Source: the human T2T-CHM13v2.0 reference genome, Homo sapiens. From it: a stretch of DNA of 64,000 nt. Every line of letters begins with the position of its first letter. Within the stretch, counting starts at the first letter, position 1. The stretch is from assembly GCF_009914755.1 (NCBI RefSeq), contig NC_060928.1. The stretch is one strand, 5' to 3'. Positions 12,693 to 27,068 of the stretch are shown piece by piece. The notes under the pieces were generated by a model. That model saw only the letters and a program-made list of their open reading frames with translations, did not search any database and was not told the DNA's origin. The translations under genes were made by a program, and so were the position numbers.

Positions 12693-13113
12693 TTTCTTTT
12701 TCCTTTTTTAATCAGCTTTATTGAGGCATTGTTGATAAATACAATTTATAAGTTTAAGGTGTACAATGATGATTTCATACACAAATATATTGTGAAATGA
12801 TTACCACTATCAAGCTAGTTAATACATTTATCATTTCACCTGATTACCTTTTTTTGTTTGCTTTGTAGTGAGAACATGCAATATCTATTCTCTTAGCAAA
12901 TTTCAGGTATTGTTAACTATAGTCACCATGCTATACTGTATAATATCTATTCTCTTAGCAAATTTCAGGTATTGTTAACTATAGTCACCATGCTATACTG
13001 TATAATATCTATTCTCTTAGCATATTTCAGGTATTGTTAACTATAGTCACCATGCTATACCTTAGATTTCAAAACGTATTCATCTTATAACTAAAAGATT
13101 ATACCCTTTGAGC
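12693..13113 (-). mobile_element. L1M (L1MA/MB-like) 3' end
   Basis: tttattgaggcattgttga…aaggtgtacaatgatgatttcatacaca…ttaactatagtcaccatgct matches antisense L1MA/MB 3'UTR. Confidence 0.8.
12880..13060. repeat. 62-bp tandem repeat, ~2.9 copies
   Basis: Units start at 12880, 12942 and 13004; one mismatch seen among copies. Confidence 0.95.
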
Positions 13114-14195
13114 AATCAATAAGCAATGAATGGTCAACAGTGTCCCAAACTACTGAGAGGTCTATTAAAATAAGTCCTGGAAAATTTCCCATGCATTTTA
13201 GCCTCTTAAAAGCAACTGGTTCTATTAGAAGTTATAATGAAGTAGATTAAGGAGATAGTAGGAAATGGGGAAATAGAAACTGCACATACAAGTTTCAAGG
13301 ATTTTGCTATGAGAAGGTGATACATGGAAAGTAGTGGGAATGAAATGATTGTTTTAAACACATGAGACACTCGAGCATGTGTAAACATTTTAGATAAATC
13401 TGGATGACAGGTAGTGGATGAAAATCTGGGGGGAAGGATGAATAATAAGTAGAGAGAGGATTGTGAAAGGTGAGAAGGATAGGTTTTAAAGTCCAGGAGG
13501 GGGACTTGCTATGTGTAGAAGAGACGCTCCTTTACATACAGAGATGAGATGTAAAGTTTGCTAGCAGGGAGTTAAAGAATGTTTATATCAAATGAAAGCC
13601 CAGGTCAACCACTAAGAAGGTGATGCGTGCAGCCATCGGAATTTCATGGTAGCCTGGTGTCCTCCAAGCTGCTCCTTCCAGAACATGGAAAAGATCTTTC
13701 CTAATACCCTACAGCACAACAGAGATCAGGCTGTAGGTGGCATACTCTAAAGCTATAATACGAATTTAACATACTCTCTCACAGATACACACACACACAC
13801 ACAATCCTAAGGAAAAAAAATAACAAGTCACAGGCATGGCAGCTATAATCCATGTTTAGAAAAAAATCCACCCCTCTAGGTTCATATTTATGTTAATATA
13901 TATAACTTATGCAACATGACATCTCAGCCTTAAGCAACTGCATAATCAAATGAGTCCAACAAAGTTTCCTGCTCCCTCTAGGCAACCTATTATATCACAC
14001 AAAATATATTCATTTAATTAATAACATTTTATAATTGTTTAGTTTTCAAACATTGAAGTGACTCGGGCATTTGAGATCATTTAATTTTACTTACATTTGT
14101 TTAACTTAACATAGTTATTATTTTTTCATAGCATAAATGTTATGCAAATCCCATTTGTAGCAATATATATATGATGATGAAATGCAACTGAGCAT

Positions 14196-14705
14196 TTTTT
14201 AAAAATACTTTTATTTTAGGTTAAGGGGTAAATTTGTGGCTTTGTTGTACAGATTATTTTGTCACCCAGGTACTAAGCCTAGTACCAATAGTTTTTTTTC
14301 TGATCCTCTCTCTCCTCCCACCCTCCACCCTCAGGTAGGCCCCAGGGTGTGTTGTTCCCCTCTTCGTGTCCATGTGTTCTTATCATTTATCTCCCACTTA
14401 AAAGTGAGAACATGTGGTATTTGGTTTTCTGTTCCTGCATTAGTTTGCTAAGAATAACGGCCTCCAGTTCCATCCATGTTCCGAATGCAAATGACATGGA
14501 TCTCATTCTTTTTTTTGTGGGAGTATAATATTCCATGCTGTATACGTACCACATTTTCTTTATCCAATCTACCATCGATGGGCATTTAGATTGATTCCAT
14601 GTCTTTGCTATTGTGAATAGAGCTGCAAAGAACATACACATGCATGTATCTTTATGGTAGAATGATTTGTATTCCCTTGGGTATATACCCAGTAATGGAA
14701 TTGCT
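14196..14705 (-). mobile_element. Older L1PA (roughly PA13-like) 3' end
   Basis: Minus ORF 14387..14641 (FAALFTIAKTWNQSKCPSMVDWIKKMW…WMELEAVILSKLMQEQKTKYHMFSL) is the ORF2 C-terminus. Confidence 0.9.
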
Positions 14706-15699
14706 TAAAACAGACATTAAATGGCTATCTAACCAAAAATATTATCAACTACCATGCCTGGCTCAGCACAGTTGTTATTAACAGAATAAAACAAAGAAAT
14801 ATTTTAAATGCAACAAAATGTCCTAAAATATTTTTAAAACAATGTAGAGATAGACAATTTGGAAATAATGAACGACTGACAGAAGTATAATATCAAAACT
14901 TGTGTTTGCTTTGCAATTTTTAAACAAAAGTTAAACATTTTTCCAACCTAAAGGAAGATATACAACATATGGAGGGACGTGTAGTCCAGGAAAGACAATG
15001 GGATAGTAAGTGAGCACCTGGCTAGCCCAAATGAATTCAGATCTAATCCCAGATGGAAAGCACTTGCAGGTAGAGAGAGAAAATTATTTTTGTTATCATT
15101 TTTGTCCTCATAACAATTCTCTGAGAAAGATAAAATATGAACTGTCTCCCCATGTCCAGCTCCTATAGTTAATCTCCACCTGTCCCTCAGTGCACTGCTC
15201 CCAGAACCACAGGACTCAGGGCTAGCAAGGGTCCTGCAGATCATTTTTATGAATTCTTCTGTTTCACAGACAATGAAACTCATCCTGGGAATAAATGGGG
15301 TTGCTCAAGGACACTGCTTTATTTAAGTCAAAGTCACTGAAGAACCCAGATGTCCTGATATTAAATGAAGAACACTTTTAACTCCAATTTGGTGTTTACT
15401 TGTGAAAACTGATCATAATAAACCAAAGTATTTAATTTCTATTCCTCTATTTCTATAACAATTTGAGATAAGTGAAAACACTTGCTCATGAACTAAAGCC
15501 TGACAGATATTGTCCATATATAACGTTCTTCACAGGTAAACATTAAGATTAGATTAGCAATCAGGTAACATTAAAATTACAACCAATCAATTTGATGAGT
15601 TTAAGTGAAACATTTACTTGAAGAAATCACTATTGTCATTTTGCTTACCTAGAAAATTAACCAAACTTTACACAAAAATTATTAACAATGATATTAATT

Positions 15700-16312
15700 A
15701 CTTGTCGTTTTTTATTGTTGCTACACACATTTAGCACTTTTAAGCAACATGAATGTATGATCTCACAGTTCTGCAGGTCTGAAGTTTATTGTTGACACAG
15801 TTGGTTCCTCTATTTTGGATTTCACAAGGCTGAAGTCATGATGTTGCTTTGCAGGGTTTTCCTCAAAAGGCTCTAGGGAAGAATCTGCTCCCTAGCTCAT
15901 TCAGTTTGTTGATAAAAATCTAGTTCCTTATGGTTGCAGGATAGAGGTCCCCATCTTCTTGCTGGCTGGCAGCTAGAGGTCTTCCTTATCTCCTAAAGGA
16001 AACATGCTTGCAAGTGGGCCCTGCATCTCAGAGCTAGCATGTCAAATCATTTTCATTCTTGGAATTGCTCTGATTCTCTTTCTGTCGCATTTCTCTTCAG
16101 TCTTCTTCTTCTAGGTGGAGACTATTCTCTGATTTCAAGTGCTCATGGGATTTCATCAAGCCCACCCAAATAATTTGGGATAATTTTGCTACTTTAAGTT
16201 CCATGGTTTTATTATATCTGCAAAGTCTTTTTTGCTATGTAAGGTAACATATTCACAGATACTAGGAATTGGTACAAGGACATCTTTGGAGGGCCATTAT
16301 TCTTGTTACTAC
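15700..16312 (-). mobile_element. MaLR solo LTR (MLT1E/F-like)
   Basis: Ends aaggtaacatattcacagatactaggaattgg…gacatctttggagggccattattcttgttactaca, the reverse complement of the MLT1 5' end. Confidence 0.8.
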
Positions 16313-16539
16313 AATTACCTGATTCCAGAAGGAAATATAATAGCCCTTACCAAAATGTTACTGTTGTGTAATATCTTATGTAATTGGAGCCTAAAGCCCA
16401 GTTTCCAGTCTCGCCTTATCCCACCTCTATTTCCTGCCTCTTCAGTTCTTACTTGTGATCTTTTACTACTATTACTGATTGGGTAGTCCACACACTTACA
16501 CAAATACTACGGAAGCATGCTGTGACTCTTCTAAGACGT

Positions 16540-16930
16540 AAGTATGGATAAAATGGTGAACAATCAATCCAGTGTTAGGCAAACCTGGAACGCATTTGTC
16601 AAAAAGCCCCAGTAAGAACTGGCTATTAACACCTGGTCAGCATGATGGGAAGTCTCTAGTAAAGTGTCACAGGGCTTGGACTTTTTCTGTGCCGGTGCCA
16701 TGAAGAGGGTGAAGACATTGTCCTCATATTTGCACATGATCTAATATTGGGCACAAAAATGATAGAACAATCCAGATTCAAGCTTATTTCACTAGGCTGG
16801 ACTGATTGGACACCAAATTAATCAGGAATGAACATTATGTCACACATAATGCCACACTAATAACAAGATAGGATATGATTTGATAGGAAAACTTCTGAAA
16901 ATCTTCAGAGAGTTTTAGTCTATGCCATGT
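16540..16930 (+). mobile_element. CR1/L3 RT remnant
   Basis: Degenerate CR1 RT motifs (…gtgtcacagggc ~VPQG; atatttgcacatgatctaatattggg ~KFADDTKLG; attcaagct…aggctggactgattgg ~IQ.DL.RL..W). Confidence 0.5.
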
Positions 16931-19084
16931 TTTCACTTTTAAAAGACTATCTAAAATGGTTCTCGTGAAAATCTGCAATGGCTCCTCAGTAACCTATTTC
17001 TCTTTAAATAACTGAAACAGGGAAAGAGTATGTTACTTTATATTTCCAGAGTGTTGGAGGTAGTGGACTCAAAGCATTTGCTTTCCTAAGAGGTTTAATA
17101 TGTGTCTTATAATAATTAGAGAGAATTGAGCAGAGAGCTGTTCTTCACACTCTCTCTAATTACCACTACTTGAAGCAAATTAGAATGAATCCAACTGTTT
17201 CTTACTTTGTCAAAGGCTATATTGAGGACAGGAATAATTAATTTTCAAATGGAATGGATTTCTAAAGCTTTTGTGTGGGTTGAATGCAAATTATATCTTA
17301 AAATATAATGTGCTATAACTCTGATATCAAAAATGCCATTTTCACTGCATTTTCAAGAAAGTCGAATAATTTTATTACTTTTATATCACCTTCTTTACTT
17401 CTATATACTAGAAATATAAATGATAAATGAATAATCAGTATGAAAACACGAAAAACTATTGTTAAAAAGATTCTTTTAGTTAATATTTCCCATAGCATGT
17501 ATGACCCACTCAAAATAAATGTTTATTATACAAAGTTTTTTTATAAATAATGTATTAAGTGATTATTTACATATCTATAATATGTATATAATACATATAC
17601 ATATTGTAGGTAATAATATATAATCTAATATATTATATTATACATATTATAGATATATATTTGCTTCACAAAGTGAATCTTGAGAAAATATTGTAACATA
17701 ATTAGCTTCTCCAATGAATGTACTGTATGATTTGGTTTAAATTTAATTTGTACCATTTTAAGGCAAGACACTAATTTTTAAGTAATATATATCTCTTGGG
17801 GCATACCGTCCAAATACAAAGATAACAAAATAATGCAAAATTTGTGATTATTTTTAAGAATGTATATTCATATTTAACTGCAGAAGCAATTAAAGATCAT
17901 TCAAAAATTGGGATTTTTTTTTCTGGAAACGTGGTTGAGCTAAACTATTGATAAACTATGCTTCACTTACATTTGGTGAAGTCTCCTGTTTTTTCCTGTC
18001 AATGGCTATTTTAAAATACTGCTATTTCTTTAAGTCCCTAAGCACCCCACTTCCAACCTATGTATTTCTCCTTATTAGTTTTACCTGATACCTACACATT
18101 GAGCTCTAATAACAATGGTGTATGTGAGCATTCCAGGTTCCAGAAATGGATAACTCTCTCTATCTATTTTCATACCGGGCTCATTATCATTAATTGTAGA
18201 GATAAACACCAGTTTCTGGACATAAAAGACCACAATTTTAGACTTTGATAAACTCATCAAAATCACATTGTTCAGTCAATTCTCTATAAAACCAACTGAA
18301 GTTTTCTTGGAAATAACCTCAGTCTCACTAGATACATATGATCTTCAACCTAAAGTGACCAAACACATCCATTTAGCCTTATGCTTAAAATATTCCCACT
18401 GTGCCTGGCCCCTGTGGCTTCCAGTCCCTGAAGAATGTTTTTACTCCAATCTGTAATCCACCTCCTCGTCTCTCTTTATTTTCCACTGCTATCTAATCTC
18501 CCCAGAGCATCACCTCTACTTTTTTGTCATGGCCTTAGCATTCTCATCTCCTAGCTTTCATGAATTGTTAACAGCACTATAGTATTCTTATGTCCTTCTC
18601 TTATTTCTGTAGAGGAGCATTCTTTTTTCTACCAAAGACCCAACCATACTATTAATGTCACTCCTTTAATAGTATGGTTTCTGAAGTTCAGATCCATTTT
18701 GACTCCCAATTACCCTCTCTCTTATGTACTTTAAATTTTCCCCTCTTCCCCTTCATTCTGACTTCTTCCTAAGAATTTAACGTACTCAAGTCCATCTGAC
18801 CTTAAAAGAAAAAGCAAATAAAATTAACCACATCAGCAACAGCTTGCTTATCTCTGGATACTGTGTTGAGTTTCCCATCCCTCGACAGCCAACCTTTCCC
18901 GGATGATAATTCTTCACTTCTCTACCTATTGGAATAAAAAAGGCATTACCACGACTTCAACAAAGCCACCTTTCCTTCTCTGAAGATATCTACACCTCAC
19001 AATCATCAAATTTAAAGTCTGTTCTTAAGCCCTTAACATTATGGAAAATGTCAGAAAAAGCTAATACTGAAAAGGATGAAATAC

Positions 19085-19275
19085 TTTTGAGTCAGACCAC
19101 AGGGCCAAAACCCTGGCTGTGCCACTCATATGGATGCAACTTGAGCAAGTGACTTACATTTCTGAGCTTACTTTTCCCATCAGTAAAGTGCACATGAAAA
19201 AAGTGCCTCATAGTGTTGTTGTGGAGTTATGACATTCAAATAGTGGCACATAATCACCTAATGCTATTATTGAAT
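19085..19275 (+). mobile_element. MIR
   Basis: MIR core: ttgagcaagtgacttacatttctgagcttacttttcccatcagtaaagtg. Confidence 0.75.
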
Positions 19276-19519
19276 TCCTTCTTCCTAATACATTTATTAA
19301 AATATGTATTGTACCATGTGTCAAACTGTTGCATGTATTACATGTGACTGGTGGGAGGAATGGTAGATGAAATATGTATATGGGCAAAAAAGAATGTGTT
19401 CCTTCTGCGTTCTCCTGACTGTCAGCCTACTGTCACCTATTTTCCGATTAAATGTTGAAATGCCTTGTGTTATAGGCCCATGCATCTTTTTCTCTTGCTT
19501 CTTATACAGCAGTTTGCTA

Positions 19520-20590
19520 TTTCATTCAATAGCTTTCTATTGTGTGCTCATCGAGTACCAAGAATTTTACCATCTGCTAGAAATAGTGGTAAAAGAAAGA
19601 CAAGATTCTTTACCTCACAGCTATCACATGCTAGTGTGAGGAGAGAGTAAATAAATAAGCAAACAAATAAAGGAAAATGATAATATCATATTATAAGTGC
19701 TATGAAGCAGATAAACCAACACGTTCTTATGCCACAGTGACTAGAGAAGGCTGGTCACTCTCTCAAAAAAGGTTGCACTGTGCTGACACTTTCATGGTAA
19801 GTAGTTGTTGACCAGGAGAAGAAAGGGAGGCAAAGCATTCCAGGTAAAGGAATCGCCAAATACAAAAGTCTTAATGGAGCTATGAACTTGGCATGTTGAG
19901 AAACAGAAAGCTGAAGAAGTTCGGATTTGTAGATAAAGAAGTAGGGGGAATGGTAGATGAAATATGTAACTCAGACTTGAATTCATTCTGAGTGTGTAAT
20001 GAGAAGGTGAAGGAAGTTTTAGATCATGTAAATGTTTATGATTAGATATATTTTGACAACATTACACTTGCCTGCTAACTGAAGAATAGACTGTATAAGG
20101 GCAAGAGTAAGAGCTAGAAGTTCTGGAAGAAGGATATGACAATAATTCAGGAAAGAAGAGGTGTTCACTTGGAATTGAGAAGTAACAATGAAGATAGCGA
20201 AAAAATGAAGAGACAATCTATTTTTTAAATAGAGATGAAATGTTTTGCTAATAGCTTGGATATGGGAGATTAATAAATGGAAGGAATCAAAGACAAGTCT
20301 AGGGTTTGGAGTTTGAGCATCTGGGGAAATGCTATTGCTTGGAGGAATATATTAAAGTAGTGGTCATTACGAATTTTGTTTTGGCCATGTTAAATATACA
20401 GTGCATATGAGATGCCCAATTGGAAAATCACAGACAACAAGCATGTGAATTTGGAAATCAGTGGAGTTATCAAGATGGAAGTACACATTTGAGAATCATC
20501 AGCTTAAAAACCTGTGTGACAGATAGGATCAAAGATTGAAAAGCATGGTACTGAGTCCTAGGGCACTTCATCATTTATCAGAGCCAGCCA
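19520..20590 (-). mobile_element. L2 remnant
   Basis: Antisense L2 motifs (ttcattcaa…, aagcattccaggtaaagg, ggaatcaaagacaagtctagggtttgg, ttgagaatcatcagc). Confidence 0.7.
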
Positions 20591-20629
20591 AGAAGACAGG
20601 GCTCTTAACAACAATGCTGTAAGAAGGCA

Positions 20630-21135
20630 ATTCAGTCCAGATGCCTCTTCTGAAGTTCAGATCCATTTTGACCTCAATCTATCTAAAAGTAAATACATGT
20701 TCCTCTGAACCAAACCAGAGAGTCATCCTTAATAATGTCCTCTCCCTGACAATTCACATTCAATCTATTTCCTAGTCCAATCAATTCTACCTCCCGAATA
20801 TCTATTGAATATAGTGTCTCTGTCTCTGTCTCATTTCAATGATTCAGTTTTGGTGTCTACCCTCTTAATGCATCATATGCATCAATCTTCTAAGTGATTA
20901 TTGTCTCCAGTCTGCTGGTTTCAGTCCATCCTTCCTCTGTTCTTAAGGGTATTTCAAAGTGTAAAATTTATTTTTATCATTCCCTTCTTAAAAGACTTTG
21001 ATGAACCTATTGCCTTTAAGATTTCAAATTTCAAACTCTCTTGCATAGTTTTATGATCCTATGTAATTTGAATAATGTCTCTCTTCTTTATTTGTCAAAT
21101 AAATTAATAAAAATTAATAAATGAGTGAATAAATA
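20630..21135 (+). mobile_element. L2 3' remnant
   Basis: gtcatccttaataatgtcctctccc…caattctacctcccgaatatct…, ending in aaatgagtgaataaat. Confidence 0.6.
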
Positions 21136-21879
21136 AGTTAATATGTTTTGAGGCTTCTTTATGATATATTTTTCTCAGTATAAAATAGATTGTTGAAAAA
21201 GATGTAAAACAATAAAGACATTTTAAAAGAAAAAGCCAAAGATGAAAAATAGAGTTTTTATTTTTAGTTTGTTTCACATTCATTGAAAATGACTAAGCAT
21301 GGAGTTTATGATGGTATGAAATAAAACAAATGGTAGTTGAAGCCTGAAGTACTTATTTAAGATAACAGAGAAAAGATCCCAGGGAAAGGCAGTTGAGCTT
21401 ACAGTGACAGACTCACCATTTGAGGATCAGTTAGAAGGAAGCCAAAAAAAGAGCCTTATTAGACACATGCCATCAGTCTTTAACAAGTCACATCTTAGTC
21501 CAGTCAATTTAAATAATCTGTTTAATTAAGTCCATTATAAAATTATAATAATGTAGATAATATAAAGCTAAAATTATTCTGAAAATAGTATACTCTTAAA
21601 GGCATAAATATTAATAAAGTTTTTGTAGCCATTTTAATAAATACTTGACATTGTTTGAAAACATGCAATAAGAATAATGAATTTGAAATATTATACATTT
21701 ATAACAGTGCAAATAAAATACTTATTTTTTTACTTAATATTTTTTGAACTTTGAATATATGGAACATATCACATCTAGATATATTATTTCCATAGGCTCT
21801 TCATTTTGACTACATAATCCAATATATAACTAGATGTTCTGGGGAGCTATTCTTAAATATGTCATATCAATCTCTAAGG

Positions 21880-22400
21880 TTTTTGTAAGTTTTTACAGGA
21901 TTCCCAAGGATTTTCAAGGATTCCTTAAACAAGGAGGCCATTCAATATCTATCACAAAACGTCTGGAGGAAGGTCATTTCAAGTTTAATTAATTCACTCC
22001 AAACTCTACAGCTTTTTTTTCACTGATAAAGTTGGCAATGGCTTCACTCATGACCTCAAAATGCCTGCATTTTCAGACATCATGTCTTCATACAGCAGTA
22101 CTTCAGGTGGGAATGAACGGCATGAGAGAAAGTTCTCCCTATGTGACTCATATTCACTGAAGCAGACAAATTTTCACAGAAACAGATTATTTCTTATATC
22201 CTATTTGCCTGAAGAGAAACTACAGGCTCATAAGTATTTCCATCATTAAAAAAAAGAAAATGAATTAGTCCAATTAACTTAGACTGATTATGATTTATCC
22301 TTTGGGATGGGCCACATTACCATCCAAACAAAATTAGGATTCTGAGAGCAAGAATGGAGAAATAACTATTGTACCCACAACCAAAATGTTTTCCATAGTC
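21880..22400 (-). mobile_element. Old MLT1-type LTR
   Basis: aacaaaattaggattctgagagcaagaatggagaaataactattg…ccata resembles an MLT1H/I terminus. Confidence 0.5.
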
Positions 22401-22549
22401 AAAAACATCTTAAAACAAAACCATGGAGATTATTAAAACTGATATTGGTTATAGGTGTAGGTATTGTGAGAAATGCTCCTGAGTTTTAAAATAAAAAGGA
22501 AACAAAATACTCTATTTTTCTTCTTGTATTATTGCAGCACTTCTCAACC

Positions 22550-25270
22550 TTTCTTCAATGCACTTACATCTTCATGAAATGTCACTCATTATCTCTGGTA
22601 ATACACTTTCTCTTGAAATCTGTTTTATCTGATATCAATATAGCTACTCCAGGTGTCTTAAGATTGGGCTCCATGATATATATATATATTTTCCATTCTT
22701 TTAATATGTGGGTGCCTTTGTGTTTAAAGTACTTCTCTTGTAACAGCTTATGGAAGGATTGACTTCTTTTATCTAGCCTGTAGTCTTTGCCTTTTAATTA
22801 AAGTATGTAGCCTATTTATATTGTACGTAATTGTTGACATGATTGGGTTGAAGTTTATCATCTTGCTATTTGTTCTCTTTTTATCTCATCTTTTTATTTA
22901 CTTGTTCCTCCTTCTCTGCCTCCTTTTGGGTGCGTCGAATATGTGTTGGTGTTTCATTTGACCACTTCTGTTGGAAATGTGTTATAGGGTTTCTCTAGGA
23001 ATAATAATATGCAAGCTTAACTTGTGACACAATACTCTAAACTGATGTCATACCACTTCATGTATAATATGAGAACATTACAACATTATACTTCCATTTA
23101 TTCCTTTTTCCATTTCCTATTATTGTCATATTTTCTATATGTATTATAATACTACAATACTACATTTTGTGAAAAAGTTTATTATTTTGAAGGCATTAAT
23201 AAAAGAAAGAAAATTGGTTTCATATATGTCCACATATTTGCCATTTTTTTGTGATTTTTATTTTTATTTTTTTTTTGATAGGTATGAGTTTTCACCTAGC
23301 ATAATTTTTCTTCGGTCCAGAGACCTTCATTTAACATTTTATTACCAGTAGTGCAGATTTGCTGGTAACAAATTCTAAAAATGTTTTTATTTTCCCTTTA
23401 TTTTTGAAAGATATTTTTATAGATATAGAATTCTAATTGAAAATTGTTTTCTTTTAGCACTTAACAAATATTATACCACTGTCTTCTGACATGCACTGTT
23501 TTCAAAGAGAAGCCAATTGATTTGTCATTGTTTCTTTGTATGAAATGATTTTTTCCCTCTAGCTGCCTCAAGAGCTTTTCTTTACTTTTGTTTTCCAATA
23601 ATTTGACTTTGATGTAGTTTAGTTTGGTTTTTTTTTTTTTTAATCCTGCTTGGGCAGATATTCAGCATATTTTCCATCATATTAGGAAACATTTTGGCTA
23701 GCATTGCTTCACATAAGTTTTGTTTCTCAACTTCTTTTTCCTCTCCTTCTAAGACTATAATGGTAGACCATTTGACATTAATCCACATGGTACTGAAGTT
23801 TTCTTTTTAAAATACGTCTCCATTTCAGTTGGATAGTTTCTATTGGTCAGTCTTTAAGTTCCCGGATCTTTTCTTCTGCAATATTAGGCCTATCTAGTGA
23901 CTTTATAAAATCATATGTTGTTGTTTTGTAGTTTTAGAATTTCCATTTAGGTGTTTTTCTATTAGTTCTATATCACAAATGAAATCTCCCAGTTTTTTCT
24001 TCACCTATGGTAGCCATCTTTCCCATTAAATTATGACAATATTTATAATGTTATTTTCACATTCTTATCATTTCTGAGTTAATTTCTAACAACTGTATCT
24101 TTCTTCATGTTATACATTTTACTTTCTTGTTTTTGTATATGTTTGTAACTTCTTATGGTAAATTGAAGTTGTGGGTACTACTCTGCTGAGAATCCATTTT
24201 TTTTTCCATTAGAAAGTGTTGAGATTTGTTCTGGCAGTGAGTGAATTTACTAATGACTTTTACTGATGTTTATTTCAAATACAAAAAAAGTCACACATAT
24301 ATTATTCAATCACATAGACAAATCAAGATTGAGGAATAATTCTGTCAAAGTGCTCCAAAAAAGTATGGTATTTGATTTTTATTTATACTAAAATGATTGT
24401 CTTTACTGTTTATATGTAAATTGGATTTTATCCACTGAAAAGAAAGTATTTTTGCTTCTTTTAAAAAATAAAATTATACTAGAAAAAATTATCTTTGTAC
24501 ATAAGTTATTTAACTATAAAGCAAATTATGATTTAACTTGTTAGAAATGTACTCAAACTACAAATCTTTTTATAAAATTAAAACATATAACTAAGAAAAA
24601 AACAAGGCTTGGTTTTAAGCTTTGTAGGTCAAATCTATGATAGCGTTTACCCTGAGACTAAGGTAGCTCTAGTCTTAAGATACTTCCTGGGTCTCATTTG
24701 AATATATGAAATATTCCGCCATGATCTCTTCATTCTGGCTGGCCAGAAATCCCATATATTCCAGTGCTACTGGACTTCTGAGATGCCTGTTCATCTCACA
24801 GCCTTCTGCAGGGTTAGGGTTTTCTTCTGCTAGTACTCATGGAATCCCATCATGGGCACATACAGCTTATTATTTGGCTGACACTTAAGGCAACTTTTTT
24901 TTACAGGATCCTGGCCCCCCCTCTTTTTTTTTTTTCCAACGCTAACTCATCTTTGGTACCCTACCCCATAAATCCCATAAATCCTGGACCTCAGCAACCC
25001 CGGCCTCTGATCTTTGCTTCCTCTTCCCAGAAAATCTGCTGCTCTCTGTTTGGTCTCCACTTCCCTGCGTCAAGGTTGGAAAGGTGCTCCAGGCAATAAG
25101 CTAGGGTGTCTGTGGAGATCAACTCATATTCTCCCTCTCTCAAGGATCCAGGCCCTGTGTTGTCAGTTTACTCATGCTCAAAATGAATTGCTTCATATAT
25201 ATCATGAAGTATTACAGCTGCTTACTGTAGAAGGGTAAATATAATACCTTTAGTTGGTAATAGCCAGTCT
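22550..25270 (-). mobile_element. Ancient L1M ORF1/5' region (interrupted ~24270-24600)
   Basis: Minus ORF 23582..23788 (…VLEGEEKE…LCEAMLAKMFPNMME…PSRIKKKK) is an L1 ORF1p remnant; T-rich antisense L1 composition. Confidence 0.75.
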
Positions 25271-27068
25271 ACAGTTTTCTGAGGCTCTTATAAATAATGT
25301 AAATCCTTTGTTTCACTTTTAGCAGTTTGTCCCAGACCTATCACCCCAATTTAGTGCAAGAAAATTCTACTTTTTATTGTACTCTAGCCATTCATATCTA
25401 ACTTACTTTTATTTTAAAATAACAAACTTAAAATCAAAAAGATTTATAGGATCTACACTTAAAATTTCTTTGGGGAATTATCTTCCCAAGAAAGAAGCCA
25501 CATGAAATAAATGCAAGACATAGATTCCTGCCATTGTCTTTAGTTTTATCATTTTAAATACTGTAACTCCACCAGGATTTGAGACTCCCCACTGAAAAAT
25601 GTACTAAGTTAAAATTAATGCATTTATTTACTGGGGAGCTGTGAATTTTGTTCAGCTATAATCCCTATGGTCATTACATCTCAAGGTGCCCTCTTTTGCC
25701 TCATTCACATTCTGAAACCTCTCCTGTTCCATAGAGACAGAGTTCAGCTCAGCCCTCTGCAGTTGGTGTTCAACAGCAAACAGTGAGTACAATGAACTGC
25801 TAACTTATAATTATTCTAAAAGAATACCATTTGCCACTGAGGTAATGGGAGAGAACAATGACATTCAGGAACTTATATAATACATTACTCCTTACTTTAA
25901 CCTACAATTCTAGTTCGACTGCCTTTGGTTACATATTTATTTGTGGTTATAATGTAGTTACCCAGCATGATTGACAAGGAGAAAAGAGGAGGGAAATTGG
26001 TAGAAAAAAAGTAGCCATTATAAAATAGTCCTAAGACCAGTTATTCTGTTACCTTCATATTTCTTTTTTATCACCCAATGGTGCAACACATATTTCTTTT
26101 GTTTTTGTACCTATAATTCATCTTTCAGCAGGTGACTGGATGGGTGAAAGTGGCTTCGATTTATTTCTTCCCTGCTTGCCATATCACTAAGTATTTATTT
26201 GACTACTTGTTAAAGTTCTCAGTTATACTTTCAAAAACTTTAACAGAAATTCTGACTGAAAGAAAACAGCTGGAAAGATATTAGAAAATACAGTTTAAAG
26301 GAAATATTTTCAATTAAATGATTGCTCTCCATGGTAGGGGACTAGGAATTTAAACCATGAGAACATGACAGATAACAGGTTAATTACTATTAGTCCCATA
26401 TTTCAAAATATCAACTAAATAAATAATAGATTTATTTAAGCATCATAGGTAGTTATGTATACATTTAATATTTATTAGATAGTCATAATATGATGCATAA
26501 AAAATAAACATTCTCAGTTATTAAGTTTTTTCACTACATTTTCTTCATATTGTAAACATATTACATCTTAACTTCATTCTAGCCTATGTTCTTTTTATGC
26601 CAACCAATCATACTAACCTTTTTAATTCCTTGAGTACATGCCACAAATCACAATCTCTCTCTTTTTTTAATTTTTCTTTGCTTAGAAATCTTTCCCCATA
26701 TTTCACATAGCAATTGCCTACTCATTGCCAAGTATCAGTCTAAAAAACAGATTTTGTTCACAGAATCCTTTCTTGGCATCTCTACCAAGAACAGGTCTAT
26801 TTTTAGTTGCTATATACTCACATAGGATCATATACTGGGTTTCCTATATTTCTGCAACGTTCATCTTTTTATATATACTGAAAATTCTTTGAGGCAGAAG
26901 CTAGATTTATTTTATTTGCTGCCATCTACCCTGTACCCGGTATCCAACACATTGCATTAAATGTAGTAGGCTCTCAATAAAAATAGAATACCTGGGGAAC
27001 AAATAAATGAATTTTAGGATTTCCTTAAAATAATAATTTTAAAATATTGACTCCAACCTTTATGCACG

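Larger units (their letters stand above)
11618..13610 (-). mobile_element. L2 LINE remnant interrupted by an L1M fragment at ~12693-13113
   Basis: L2 3'-end motif (tcattcattcaa…acattta) followed by typical purine-rich antisense L2 body; boundaries approximate. Confidence 0.7.

Noticed and set aside
12880-13060. Regularly spaced repeats reminiscent of a CRISPR array
   Set aside because: Head-to-tail tandem copies with no unique spacers, no cas genes, and a primate genomic context.
14948-15283. 111-aa minus ORF
   Set aside because: Overlaps MIR-like sequence; no recognisable domain or convincing exon chain.
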